Below the pieces are notes generated by a model, which had not been told where the DNA came from, did not search any database, and saw nothing but the letters and a program-made list of their open reading frames with translations. A stretch of DNA of 64,000 nucleotides from positions 419 to 64,418 of the IMG/VR virus record IMGVR_UViG_3300032084_001540; one strand, given 5' to 3'. Shown here piece after piece: positions 55,808 through 63,763 of the stretch; within the stretch, counting starts at the first letter, position 1; every line of letters begins with the position of its first letter. The position numbers and the translations under genes are program-made. Source of the DNA: a virus. Taxonomy: Duplodnaviria; Caudoviricetes.

Positions 55808-56480
55808 TTTGTTTTGAAAGATTGTGATTGACAAATTCTTTAATATAACGAACTAGAAGTTTAATATACTCGTCTTTGTTCCTTTTGTCAAATACTTTTA
55901 CTTCACCCCCAGGAGTAACCATAAGAGTAATGAGTTTCTTGACTGGAATACCAGTCATCTCATAGTACATACAAGCATATGCAGTCTCTTGAACAAAGTA
56001 GTTTTCTAACCACTTCTCTGGTTTGATCTTCTCCGAGGTCTTAAAGTCAATGACTGCTAGTTCTCCTTCGTACTCACCAATGCAGTCTACTCTTCCCGCC
56101 AATCCAAGATACTCAGAGAACAGAGTACGTTCGATAGCATGAATATTATTTATCTTATCAAGTTCCTCTTTAGCATGATGGAACATGAACTGAGTGGCAG
56201 GACGAAATTCATTCCAGTCCAATTCAAGATTCATTAGATACGCTTGGGCAGCCTCATGGAAATCTGTACCACGTTTTGTTGCCCTCTTCGTAATTCTGTT
56301 AGCTTCCTCTTCTCCAATTCGCTTACGCCACTTGATAAAAATCTCGCGATTATAGAAAGAAGTGACAGAAGTAATAGAAGGCACCCAAGAACCATTCGGG
56401 ACTTGATAGAGTCTGCATCCAGGAGTTTCTTTTTTGTTAAGTTCAACGTCACCGAGATAATTATGATGAATGAAATTCAT
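55797..56480 (-). CDS. PD-(D/E)xK exonuclease (Cas4/lambda-exonuclease-like)
   Basis: PSITSV...RGTDFH...AGRVDC...IDFKTS...QETAY. Confidence 0.85.
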   Translation of the reverse strand: MNFIHHNYLGDVELNKKETPGCRLYQVPNGSWVPSITSVTSFYNREIFIKWRKRIGEEEANRITKRATKRGTDFHEAAQAYLMNLELDWNEFRPATQFMFHHAKEELDKINNIHAIERTLFSEYLGLAGRVDCIGEYEGELAVIDFKTSEKIKPEKWLENYFVQETAYACMYYEMTGIPVKKLITLMVTPGGEVKVFDKRNKDEYIKLLVRYIKEFVNHNLSKQNGE

Positions 56481-57229
56481 TAGATGTTCAGAGCAATTTT
56501 GTTCATGAGATACTCTTTGACTAATCCAGAACGAACGATGTCTTCAACACCAAATTCAATGATTGTAAATGATGGCATGTTCCTAATGATTCTTAGGAAA
56601 TCAAGAATACCATTTCGTTCATATGATTTAGTCAAATCACTTTGACTCGCATCACCACAGAACATGATCTTTGTATTCTCACCACAGCGTGTGATGATTG
56701 AATCAAGTTCGTGGAAGTTTAGATTCTGTGCTTCATCGACGATGATAATTGTATCATCCAATGTAGTACCCCGAATAAAACTTGTAGACCAAAAGGAGAT
56801 AGTCTCCTGAGTTTTAAGATTACCATACAGCATCTCAAAGTCAGAGTCTGTTGGCATCTCAAACATATACTTTACCATATTCTTATATGGAATCTGGTAA
56901 AGAGCTGACTTGTCTTCATGATCTCCAGGGAGAAAACCAATCTCTCTGGTAGATACAAGAGATCTTACAATATAGATCTTTTTGTAAGGTGTGTTCTCAT
57001 CAAGAACTTCTTTCAGTGCATTGTACAAAACAATAAATGTTTTTCCTGTGCCTGCTGCACCATACGCAAAGAGGTTCTTCCCCTTTTTGTATTCTGCAAA
57101 CAAAATCTCTTGGTTAGGAGTTAAGGGAGTAATGTCACACAGAAGATCATTGTTAATCGGTTTCTTTCGTTTCATCTGCTTGGCAGTTAAACCGACTCCG
57201 ATTGGATCATCCTTCTTTCTTCTTGGCAT
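56480..57229 (-). CDS. phoH: PhoH-family ATPase
   Basis: GAAGTGKT, IGFLPG, FIRGTT, DEAQN, GD..QSDL, DIVRSGLV. Confidence 0.95.
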   Translation of the reverse strand: MPRRKKDDPIGVGLTAKQMKRKKPINNDLLCDITPLTPNQEILFAEYKKGKNLFAYGAAGTGKTFIVLYNALKEVLDENTPYKKIYIVRSLVSTREIGFLPGDHEDKSALYQIPYKNMVKYMFEMPTDSDFEMLYGNLKTQETISFWSTSFIRGTTLDDTIIIVDEAQNLNFHELDSIITRCGENTKIMFCGDASQSDLTKSYERNGILDFLRIIRNMPSFTIIEFGVEDIVRSGLVKEYLMNKIALNI

Positions 57230-57231
57230 AG

Positions 57232-57480
57232 TTAACTGTAGTCTCGGTTTTTGCGAACTGTAGAACCAGGTTGTTTAGATGCCCTATCTAAAACCTCATT
57301 CCAACCATTAGAGTTGGCTTCTCCTTTCCACCCACCCACATCTTGTGCTCCAGCGCAACCCTGTGACCAGTCTTTATCCCAGTCAGGGTTTTCATCTTTC
57401 CACTCAGAGTAGGCTTTCATGGTCATAGAAAGAGTCTGTGTCTCTCCAGTTTTTAAATTCTTTACAGGATAAGTAGGCAT
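57232..57480 (-). CDS. conserved hypothetical protein
   Basis: MPTYPVKN..TGE start; CTAAATA at 57501-57507. Confidence 0.75.
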   Translation of the reverse strand: MPTYPVKNLKTGETQTLSMTMKAYSEWKDENPDWDKDWSQGCAGAQDVGGWKGEANSNGWNEVLDRASKQPGSTVRKNRDYS

Positions 57481-57503
57481 AATTAATTTCTGGATAGATT
57501 TAT

Positions 57504-58526
57504 TTAGAGTTTGATCCATCGAGGATTGTCTAGAGTCCATTGAACGACCTCTTTAACTCGATCCTCAATGGGTTTGGGTTCCCATCCCATCAGTTTCATC
57601 TTCTCTCCAGACAAAGCATAGCGAAGATCATGACCAGGACGTGCTGAATGGAAGTCAACCAGATCATACTTAAGATCTTTACCTTGTGCGAGAGCAATCA
57701 TCTGTGCCAACTCAAGGTTGTTCAGTTCTCTTGCACCAACAATATTAAACTTAGGACATTTAGCATCTCCCCAGTTTAATTCTACGACTGTAGGTTGTTC
57801 CAGGAGGAAGAGCAAGGCGTCTGAAACATCTTCAGCATGGATATAGTGCCTAGAACCAGGAATCGTCCTTGTAGCGTCACTGTGAATAGTAATAGTCTCA
57901 CCATCACGTACACGTTTAATACACATTGGAATGTATTTCTCTGGATGCTGACGCTGACCAAAGACATTCATCGTGTGAGTGATGTAGACAGGCAGTTTGT
58001 AAGTGTTTTGAAATGCTACTGCCAGTTCTTCACCACCTGCCTTACTAGCACTGTAGGGATTGGTGGAGTTGTAACGGTCATTCTCTCCATAAAGAATGCC
58101 ATTAGGTGCAGGTCCGAATACTTCGTCAGTACCAAAGTAAACAAATCTTTCTAGGTGATCAAGTCCACGAGCATAGTCAAGGATGTTGCAGGTAGCAACG
58201 ACATTATCCATCACGAACTCCATAGGGAATTCAATGCTGCGATCCACATGGGAACCAGCAGCAAGGTGAAGGATGTAATCAACCTTCCCAATATCAGCAG
58301 CAATCAATGGATTCACTGCTGCTTTCAGGTCATGGAAAACAACTTTAACGCGAGCACGATCAGCAGGAGAGAAGTCCTTCAGGACATCATGCAAACGATT
58401 CAGATTACCACTAAAGTCTAATCTATCAAGTGTAACAACTTCCCAGTCAGTATTCTTTAGAATCTGGGATACAAGATGGTGGGCAATAAAACCAGCACCA
58501 CCAGTAATAAGAGCTCTCTTACTCAT
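57504..58526 (-). CDS. NAD-dependent epimerase/dehydratase (dTDP-glucose 4,6-dehydratase-like)
   Basis: LITGGAGFIA, HLAAGSHVDRSI, TDEVFG, YSASK, RPGHDLRYAL. Confidence 0.9.
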   Translation of the reverse strand: MSKRALITGGAGFIAHHLVSQILKNTDWEVVTLDRLDFSGNLNRLHDVLKDFSPADRARVKVVFHDLKAAVNPLIAADIGKVDYILHLAAGSHVDRSIEFPMEFVMDNVVATCNILDYARGLDHLERFVYFGTDEVFGPAPNGILYGENDRYNSTNPYSASKAGGEELAVAFQNTYKLPVYITHTMNVFGQRQHPEKYIPMCIKRVRDGETITIHSDATRTIPGSRHYIHAEDVSDALLFLLEQPTVVELNWGDAKCPKFNIVGARELNNLELAQMIALAQGKDLKYDLVDFHSARPGHDLRYALSGEKMKLMGWEPKPIEDRVKEVVQWTLDNPRWIKL

Positions 58527-58735
58527 TCAATTTCCTCTGTTTTTTTATTAAATCCAAATGGACCTGCTGATTTTTCTTCCAATGCTAGTTTTAGTGCGAC
58601 ACTGCCGACTGCTTCCATACATTTAAGAATGTCTTCTGTCTTAGCACCTTCACCAAGTTCTTTAGCGATGTACCAATACTTAGGCCAAAATGTTTGACCT
58701 GCCAATTCATAATCTTCAAGTGTTAATAGTTTCAT
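58523..58735 (-). CDS. conserved hypothetical protein
   Basis: 70-aa ORF with 4-bp overlaps on both sides. Confidence 0.7.
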   Translation of the reverse strand: MKLLTLEDYELAGQTFWPKYWYIAKELGEGAKTEDILKCMEAVGSVALKLALEEKSAGPFGFNKKTEEIE

Positions 58736-59370
58736 TTCCAATCAAGTGCTTCGGATACTGTAGGGAATTTATTACAGAAGATCTTTTTACATCCTTCTGC
58801 AATGTCCATGTGTTCTTTCTGTGTTCCATTAGCAGAACGCAGATTTATATAGTGAATCCATGAGCGACATGATCCGCTCATATAGATTTTTGTTCCCGTC
58901 GCAAGGGGCATCACCATTCTAGCACACTCTTTTGCAACTTCTTCAGACAAAAGTTCTTCATAGAGTATCTGTGCTTGACGGAAATGTTCTTGAATCTTAA
59001 ACAAAAGTCTAGATGTAATCAACGGATCCAAGTCATCAATAGAATTTTGTCGATTCTTTGTGTCTTGACGACGAAGTTCTGGAAGTGGAATATGATTCTC
59101 CAGCAGAGTTGTTGCAGCATACCGTTGAGAAAACTCTTGATATGTAAAACTACGGTGCCTCAGAATTTGAGCTGCGATTGCTCTAGAAGTTTCAATCTCA
59201 AGGGTCATAAAGGACTGTTCAAATACAGACCAATGATTGTGCTTGATACAATACTTCAGAAGTCCAGCATAATTTGGATTCTCTTGATTGTTTGGGTTTG
59301 AGACACGGGCAACGTATGCCATCAAGTTCTCAGCGTCAGGAGTGACCGATACGAATTTAACTGTTTGCAT
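58732..59370 (-). CDS. thyX: FAD-dependent thymidylate synthase
   Basis: HWSVFE, RHRSFTYQEFSQRY (RHRx7S), ECARMVMP. Confidence 0.95.
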   Translation of the reverse strand: MQTVKFVSVTPDAENLMAYVARVSNPNNQENPNYAGLLKYCIKHNHWSVFEQSFMTLEIETSRAIAAQILRHRSFTYQEFSQRYAATTLLENHIPLPELRRQDTKNRQNSIDDLDPLITSRLLFKIQEHFRQAQILYEELLSEEVAKECARMVMPLATGTKIYMSGSCRSWIHYINLRSANGTQKEHMDIAEGCKKIFCNKFPTVSEALDWK

Positions 59371-59575
59371 AATATGCCAAATAATACTTTACTATTCCAG
59401 AGGTGGTCAGATTACCCTGAGACACCCAGTCATGAACGCATTCATAAATGCTTTGACATGTATATCTAGGTCTGCCGTCAGTAAGTTCCGACCCAAACTT
59501 CTTCAATAGAATGTTCAAACCTTGCGCTCTCGTGTCCATACGTTCTTGTGAGTAGCGCCAATCATTATCTATCAT
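59357..59575 (-). CDS. hypothetical protein
   Basis: Start placed at MIDNDWRY. Confidence 0.65.
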   Translation of the reverse strand: MIDNDWRYSQERMDTRAQGLNILLKKFGSELTDGRPRYTCQSIYECVHDWVSQGNLTTSGIVKYYLAYYANS

Positions 59576-59768
59576 ATGGCATTTCTCTATAGTCATCAAG
59601 TTCAGGAGCAAGTTCGGGATCAAATACTTCATCATAGTCTGAGATATGAGGAACAATATCCTCATACTGAGGTCTATATGGCTCTTCATCAGAGTCAATC
59701 TCAGACTTGAGGCACTCGACTAGAGACTCCAAGTTCCTTATAATCAGTTTGATTTTTTCTTTATCCAT
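59565..59768 (-). CDS. hypothetical protein
   Basis: Start placed at MDKEKIKLII; acidic C-terminus. Confidence 0.7.
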   Translation of the reverse strand: MDKEKIKLIIRNLESLVECLKSEIDSDEEPYRPQYEDIVPHISDYDEVFDPELAPELDDYREMPYDR

Positions 59769-59781
59769 AAAGAAACAGTCT

Positions 59782-59804
59782 TTCATGACCTCAATCAATT
59801 CCAC
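59782..59804. repeat. 23-bp exact direct repeat, copy 1
   Basis: ttcatgacctcaatcaattccac, also at 60503-60525. Confidence 0.9.
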
Positions 59805-59813
59805 TACACATCA

Positions 59814-59853
59814 ATTATACACAAAAAAGGAGAGATCGTCAAGACCTCTCCTT
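59814..59853 (-). promoter_or_regulatory. sigma70-like promoter overlapping an intrinsic terminator
   Basis: TTGACG-N17-TATAAT; hairpin AGGAGAGGTC-TTGAC-GATCTCTCCT followed by a T-tract. Confidence 0.8.
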
Positions 59854-59859
59854 AAAGTA

Positions 59860-60048
59860 TTATGATTCAGTCAACAGTGACTTGCATGTCCTCTTACAAA
59901 CTGTCTGACTGTCATCACACTCTATCAAACAGTTAAAATAATCATTAATTGCATCGCTTTGTGTATCAGATTTGTCTAGTGTCCTCTCAAGATTAAAAAT
60001 TGACTGTCTCCAACCAGCTAGTTGATTAAAAGAAATTAGGTTGTGCAT
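59860..60048 (-). CDS. small Cys-containing protein
   Basis: GGAGG then MHNLISFNQL; C-terminal YFNCLIEC...CKRTC. Confidence 0.7.
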   Translation of the reverse strand: MHNLISFNQLAGWRQSIFNLERTLDKSDTQSDAINDYFNCLIECDDSQTVCKRTCKSLLTES

Positions 60049-60206
60049 AACACCTCCATGTACGGAACTTATGGTCACATGATTTAAGGTGGAAAGTTTC
60101 AAACCATTTGATCACCTCATAATTCTACCAGTATATAGTTGATTTGTGTGTAAATGAATACAATTGAGAAACAAAAATTTATGCCTATGAGTTTATACTT
60201 ATGCAT

Positions 60207-60234
60207 AAAAAAAGAGAGGTATTTCTACCTCTCT
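60207..60234 (-). terminator. intrinsic terminator
   Basis: AGAGAGGTA-GAAA-TACCTCTCT followed by a T-tract. Confidence 0.85.
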
Positions 60235-60252
60235 GTAATGTAAGTTAGTGAA

Positions 60253-60420
60253 TCACTTAGTATAGGTACGACCACGATAACAGAATGTACCGTGTGTCTC
60301 CTTGGACTCTACACAACGAGTAGAATACTCAACACCACGATAAGCGGCGTGAAGAACTCGTGCGTTGTGAACTGCAGATGCTTTGTTGATCTGCTTCTTG
60401 ATCATGTTAAGTGTGTTCAT
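60253..60420 (-). CDS. DUF4278-like small protein (absent from the ORF track)
   Basis: MNTLNMIKKQINKASAVHNARVLHAAYRGVEYSTRCVESKETHGTFCYRGRTYTK with two YRG motifs; AGGAG upstream. Confidence 0.8.
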   Translation of the reverse strand: MNTLNMIKKQINKASAVHNARVLHAAYRGVEYSTRCVESKETHGTFCYRGRTYTK

Positions 60421-60459
60421 GAGTTGACTCCTAAAGTAGTTGGATTTTAATCCGTTCCT

Positions 60460-60624
60460 TTAGTCGTTTGCGTCCCATGGGTAGCAATCAGGTGTTGATT
60501 CCTTCATGACCTCAATCAATTCCACCTTCATTTCGGGTGAAATATTCTCATTTGTTCTCATCCGAAACATAATTGCATCAGCTTGAGCACATGTGAGTGA
60601 TGAATAGAATAGTAATTCTAACAT
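60460..60624 (-). CDS. 54-aa ORF embedded in the riboswitch (absent from the ORF track)
   Basis: MLELLFYSSLTCAQADAIMFRMRTNENISPEMKVELIEVMKESTPDCYPWDAND; GGAG upstream. Confidence 0.65.
   Translation of the reverse strand: MLELLFYSSLTCAQADAIMFRMRTNENISPEMKVELIEVMKESTPDCYPWDAND
60503..60525. repeat. 23-bp exact direct repeat, copy 2
   Basis: Identical to 59782-59804. Confidence 0.9.
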
Positions 60625-60705
60625 AGGATGAACGGCTCCGTTCCGCGACTTACTTGCGTCCCCTCAACGGGGATGAACGATAGGTCTATTATAGACCCTA
60701 TGATC

Positions 60706-60712
60706 TATTTAT
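60706..60712 (-). promoter_or_regulatory. T4-like late promoter upstream of the riboswitch
   Basis: ATAAATA about 25 nt upstream of the first aptamer. Confidence 0.65.
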
Positions 60713-60912
60713 GTCAAGTCTTCGCCAAATTCGTTAACCAAATTCTTTATCGTGGTCTCAGATCCGTCTAGGGTCTTAATCTCATACAGAGGAGATCTCA
60801 TATACTTCTTCAATTTTCTATACTGCTTTGCTACTTCTGTTACCGCATCAACATTAACGTTAATTCTTGCTTTTCCATCCCCATTTGGGGGACTATTAAA
60901 TCCTACACTCAT
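60709..60912 (-). CDS. hypothetical protein
   Basis: 67-aa ORF with 4-bp overlap. Confidence 0.65.
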   Translation of the reverse strand: MSVGFNSPPNGDGKARINVNVDAVTEVAKQYRKLKKYMRSPLYEIKTLDGSETTIKNLVNEFGEDLT

Positions 60913-61208
60913 TTTTTCTTTGTCTTTGGTTTGTTTGCTTCACCCCAAAGTTTGGGGTTTCTTGTGCCATGTGTCCAATCCATTCCCTTGATAACATCAC
61001 CATAGAGATCATAGTATGCATCAAATATATCAGCAGAAGATCCCATAATGATATCAAACCAACGATCGTCATTCAAATCTAAGGTCATCAAATAAGAATT
61101 TGATGGGAGAGATTTATCTTTTGCAGCATCAGAATCACAGTTGGCATGAACTACTGTGATTCCATACTTACTCTTAAAGAGTTTTATATCGTCAGAAGAT
61201 AGTACCAT
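60909..61208 (-). CDS. conserved hypothetical protein
   Basis: 99-aa ORF coupled to neighbours. Confidence 0.7.
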   Translation of the reverse strand: MVLSSDDIKLFKSKYGITVVHANCDSDAAKDKSLPSNSYLMTLDLNDDRWFDIIMGSSADIFDAYYDLYGDVIKGMDWTHGTRNPKLWGEANKPKTKKK

Positions 61209-61678
61209 TAACTGCGATTACCCCACGTAATTTCTGGAAAAGCCTGAGCGACTACATTCTTGGTAATTTTGTATACACTCTGAAGATCCTTGTCCTTACA
61301 AAGCACAAGAATATCTGCCTCTGATGGATGGAGAGTTTCAAGAACTTGAATAAAGATTGTTTCTCTCCTAGTTTTGGATAAACTATCGTTGCCACCCTTC
61401 ACAAAGTTGTAAAAGTTTCTACTCTCTTGGCGAATAGAAGTATGAATTGTTCCAGCTGGTGCATCATTTGGTTTGTATGGAACTTTACCTTCTGGGAGCA
61501 TAGAAACTACACTCTCATCAAAGTTCCAAATCAATGTGACCATCAATGCATCGGACTTGTACTTTTGCAGAACCTCTACTTTTTTTGCAGTGGTTCTCTG
61601 CTTAGAAACAAGTTCTAAAATTTCAGAAATGAACGGATTAGGTGGCAGTTCATTCTTCTTCGTCTTCGTTGTTGCCAT
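61208..61678 (-). CDS. conserved T4-like hypothetical protein
   Basis: LP.NPFISEIL...WNFD...LPEG.VPY...RRETIFIQVLE.LHP.EA. Confidence 0.8.
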   Translation of the reverse strand: MATTKTKKNELPPNPFISEILELVSKQRTTAKKVEVLQKYKSDALMVTLIWNFDESVVSMLPEGKVPYKPNDAPAGTIHTSIRQESRNFYNFVKGGNDSLSKTRRETIFIQVLETLHPSEADILVLCKDKDLQSVYKITKNVVAQAFPEITWGNRS

Positions 61679-61886
61679 AATACTCTTCTGGGTTTTCAAA
61701 TCTTACTGCAAATACTGTATCGGGGATCACATTACCATGTTCATCATACATCTCTGGATGCAAATTATCTGGATGATATGGAGTGGTTTTGACAACATGT
61801 TCTTTTGCCAACCATCCTATCACTGCGCCCACGAATAATGCCATTATACTAACAAATGACATTACTGTCAAGGTAAGAGCTTGCAT
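61650..61886 (-). CDS. DUF2973-like membrane protein
   Basis: N-terminal hydrophobic helix; HPEMYDEHGN...AVRF. Confidence 0.65.
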   Translation of the reverse strand: MQALTLTVMSFVSIMALFVGAVIGWLAKEHVVKTTPYHPDNLHPEMYDEHGNVIPDTVFAVRFENPEEYYGNNEDEEE

Positions 61887-61898
61887 CGTCTTTTCTCC

Positions 61899-62033
61899 TT
61901 ATTGATTTTGTTTCCTTGCGTCGAAGGATAGATCAAAGCAGATGTGAAACTCTCTATTAAAGAGAGAAACCATCTTTTCAAAACTGACTTGAAACGATTT
62001 CGGTTTCTCTCCTTTAGTTTTCTTTCGGAGCAT
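61899..62033 (-). CDS. hypothetical protein
   Basis: Start MLRKK after GGAG; ATAAATA at 62048-62054. Confidence 0.55.
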   Translation of the reverse strand: MLRKKTKGEKPKSFQVSFEKMVSLFNREFHICFDLSFDARKQNQ

Positions 62034-62046
62034 AAGCTCCACACCT

Positions 62047-62406
62047 CTATTTATCGGTAGTTTTTCTCTTTCTCCCTGGTTTTCGGTCGGTTTCATACTG
62101 CCATGTCTCCTGCAAAATTGAGTTGAAATACTCCATAATCTTTCTAGCTCTTGGTTTACCAAGATGTCCGTATCCCTCACGAATTTGTTTGTGATTGGCG
62201 TCTTGTCCTCCTTCTAGATAAGTTTTTAGTTCTGCAATAGTGGTGGTAAGACTGCTGGCAGTAGAACTTTCAATAAATTCATTTACTTCAGTTCTCTTAG
62301 CAGAATTAGATTTCAAATAGTCATACATTTTAAATGTCATCACGTCTCTCAACATAGCATCGTCAATTACTTGTTCAACCATGAAAGAAAGATCGTTATG
62401 GTCCAT
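62047..62406 (-). CDS. conserved hypothetical protein
   Basis: YLEGG...IREGYGHLGKPRARKI. Confidence 0.75.
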   Translation of the reverse strand: MDHNDLSFMVEQVIDDAMLRDVMTFKMYDYLKSNSAKRTEVNEFIESSTASSLTTTIAELKTYLEGGQDANHKQIREGYGHLGKPRARKIMEYFNSILQETWQYETDRKPGRKRKTTDK

Positions 62407-62657
62407 TACTCTTCTGCTTTTTCTGGTAAGTGCTTCTGTTCTCTCACAAACTGAATGGTTTCAGCACAACCTCCAATTGATTTATCGTTGAAGGTTACTT
62501 GAGGGAAGCTTCCGCTATCCCCATATTCAGCAATGAATGACTCTTTAGTAAAGTCCCTATCCAACTTGTAGATGACATGCTTCAGTTCTAACCACTGAAG
62601 CAACCCAGCCACTTTGTCGCAATACGGACAACCATCCTTAGAATAAACAACAAACAT
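62406..62657 (-). CDS. nrdC: glutaredoxin
   Basis: YSKDGCPYC, SFPQV, IGGC. Confidence 0.9.
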   Translation of the reverse strand: MFVVYSKDGCPYCDKVAGLLQWLELKHVIYKLDRDFTKESFIAEYGDSGSFPQVTFNDKSIGGCAETIQFVREQKHLPEKAEE

Positions 62658-62684
62658 AATGTTTTCGCTACTTGTTTTTATATA

Positions 62685-63350
62685 TTAGATTAAAGATGTT
62701 GCCTCCTCCCAATCCTTTTGGAATCGTGCTAACCCATCATCAGTCATGACGTGATTATACATCTTCCAGAATACAACAGGGGGCATAGTAACTACTTCAG
62801 CACCATATAAGAAGCAACGTGATACATGATGACAGTCTCTCAGAGACGCAGCAAGAACCTGTGTAGGCATCTGATGAGAGCGAAGCACACCAGCAATGGC
62901 GCGAACCAGTTCTACACCACTGAAAGAGTTATCATTGCAACGTCCAACGAAAGGTGAGATGTATGTTGCACCTGCCTTTGCTGCCATGATTGCTTGTGCT
63001 ACTGAAAATACTAACGTAACATTAGTCTTAATGCCAGCACTACTCAACACTCTACATGCTTTGAGTCCTTCCACTGTGCAAGGAACTTTGATGGTCACAG
63101 AATCTCCCATAGAGACCATAGAGATATATTGCTGTGCCTGAGCGATCATTTCTTCAGCAGTATCAGCAACAACCTCAATAGATACACTCACAAAGTTTGG
63201 GAACTCATCAATAAGTTGTTGAGCAACATCAGGTAGAGTTCTGCCACTCTTAAGAATAAGTGTGGGGTTTGTTGTCACACCATCAAGAAGTCCAGTTTCA
63301 TTTGCTGCTCTGATTTCCTCAATATCAGCGGTGTCCAGAAAAATTTTCAT
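62685..63350 (-). CDS. talC: transaldolase
   Basis: MKIFLDTA, GVTTNPTLI, IKVP, TNVTLVFS, YISPFVGR, LAASLR. Confidence 0.95.
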   Translation of the reverse strand: MKIFLDTADIEEIRAANETGLLDGVTTNPTLILKSGRTLPDVAQQLIDEFPNFVSVSIEVVADTAEEMIAQAQQYISMVSMGDSVTIKVPCTVEGLKACRVLSSAGIKTNVTLVFSVAQAIMAAKAGATYISPFVGRCNDNSFSGVELVRAIAGVLRSHQMPTQVLAASLRDCHHVSRCFLYGAEVVTMPPVVFWKMYNHVMTDDGLARFQKDWEEATSLI

Positions 63351-63351
63351 T

Positions 63352-63406
63352 AAAAAAGAGGGTCTTTAGACCCTCCAAGTATAGCACACTCTACTGGATT
63401 TTGCCA
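63352..63406 (-). promoter_or_regulatory. sigma70-like promoter and terminator-like hairpin directly upstream of talC
   Basis: TGGCAA-N17-TATACT(63383-63378); GAGGGTC-TAAA-GACCCTC-TTTTTT ending 1 nt before the ATG. Confidence 0.65.
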
Positions 63407-63429
63407 GTGAGTTTAGCGGCGACGATACT

Positions 63430-63639
63430 TTATTTATCTTTGTAAATCTCTTCTAGTTTTTCTCTAGAGAGATCTACATACATCAGTTCTTCACCCGCTT
63501 CAGGTGCTTCGGGATGACGCGGTTTAGGTCTATTCATCTCTATGTTAATAGATTGAATGTTACTCCACATCATAGCGAATGCACCACCAGCAATAAGGGC
63601 GAAGCATGTAAAATAAAGAAAGACTTCAAAGTTATTCAT
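63430..63639 (-). CDS. small membrane protein (DUF2973-like)
   Basis: N-terminal hydrophobic helix; RHPEAP. Confidence 0.65.
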   Translation of the reverse strand: MNNFEVFLYFTCFALIAGGAFAMMWSNIQSINIEMNRPKPRHPEAPEAGEELMYVDLSREKLEEIYKDK

Positions 63640-63640
63640 A

Positions 63641-63763
63641 TTAGTTTCCTTGATAGGTTGGAATCATCATGCCACCGTCCATATCATCATCGTCATCAGG
63701 ATTTTGAGTGATGAAATATAATATCATGAGTATAATAGTTCCAACCAAATACTCAAAGTGCAT
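63641..63763 (-). CDS. 40-aa membrane peptide (absent from the ORF track)
   Basis: [40 protein letters not shown] fills the gap after psbD. Confidence 0.6.
   Translation of the reverse strand: MHFEYLVGTIILMILYFITQNPDDDDDMDGGMMIPTYQGN

Larger units (their letters stand above)
60451..60681 (-). ncRNA. tandem glnA-like (glutamine) riboswitch
   Basis: Two CGTTCATCC...GGACGCAA...GGAACGG units (60637-60681 and 60451-60635) upstream of a DUF4278-like gene. Confidence 0.7.

Noticed and set aside
55797-56480. Cas4-like nuclease as part of a CRISPR system
   Set aside because: No array or other cas genes; it occupies the usual position between phoH and gp33
57230-57520. Pho box upstream of phoH
   Set aside because: No convincing direct repeats at 11-bp spacing; only a late-promoter motif is present
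60100-60250. tRNA in the intergenic region
   Set aside because: No cloverleaf, T-loop consensus or CCA; explained by a terminator and promoter-like sequence
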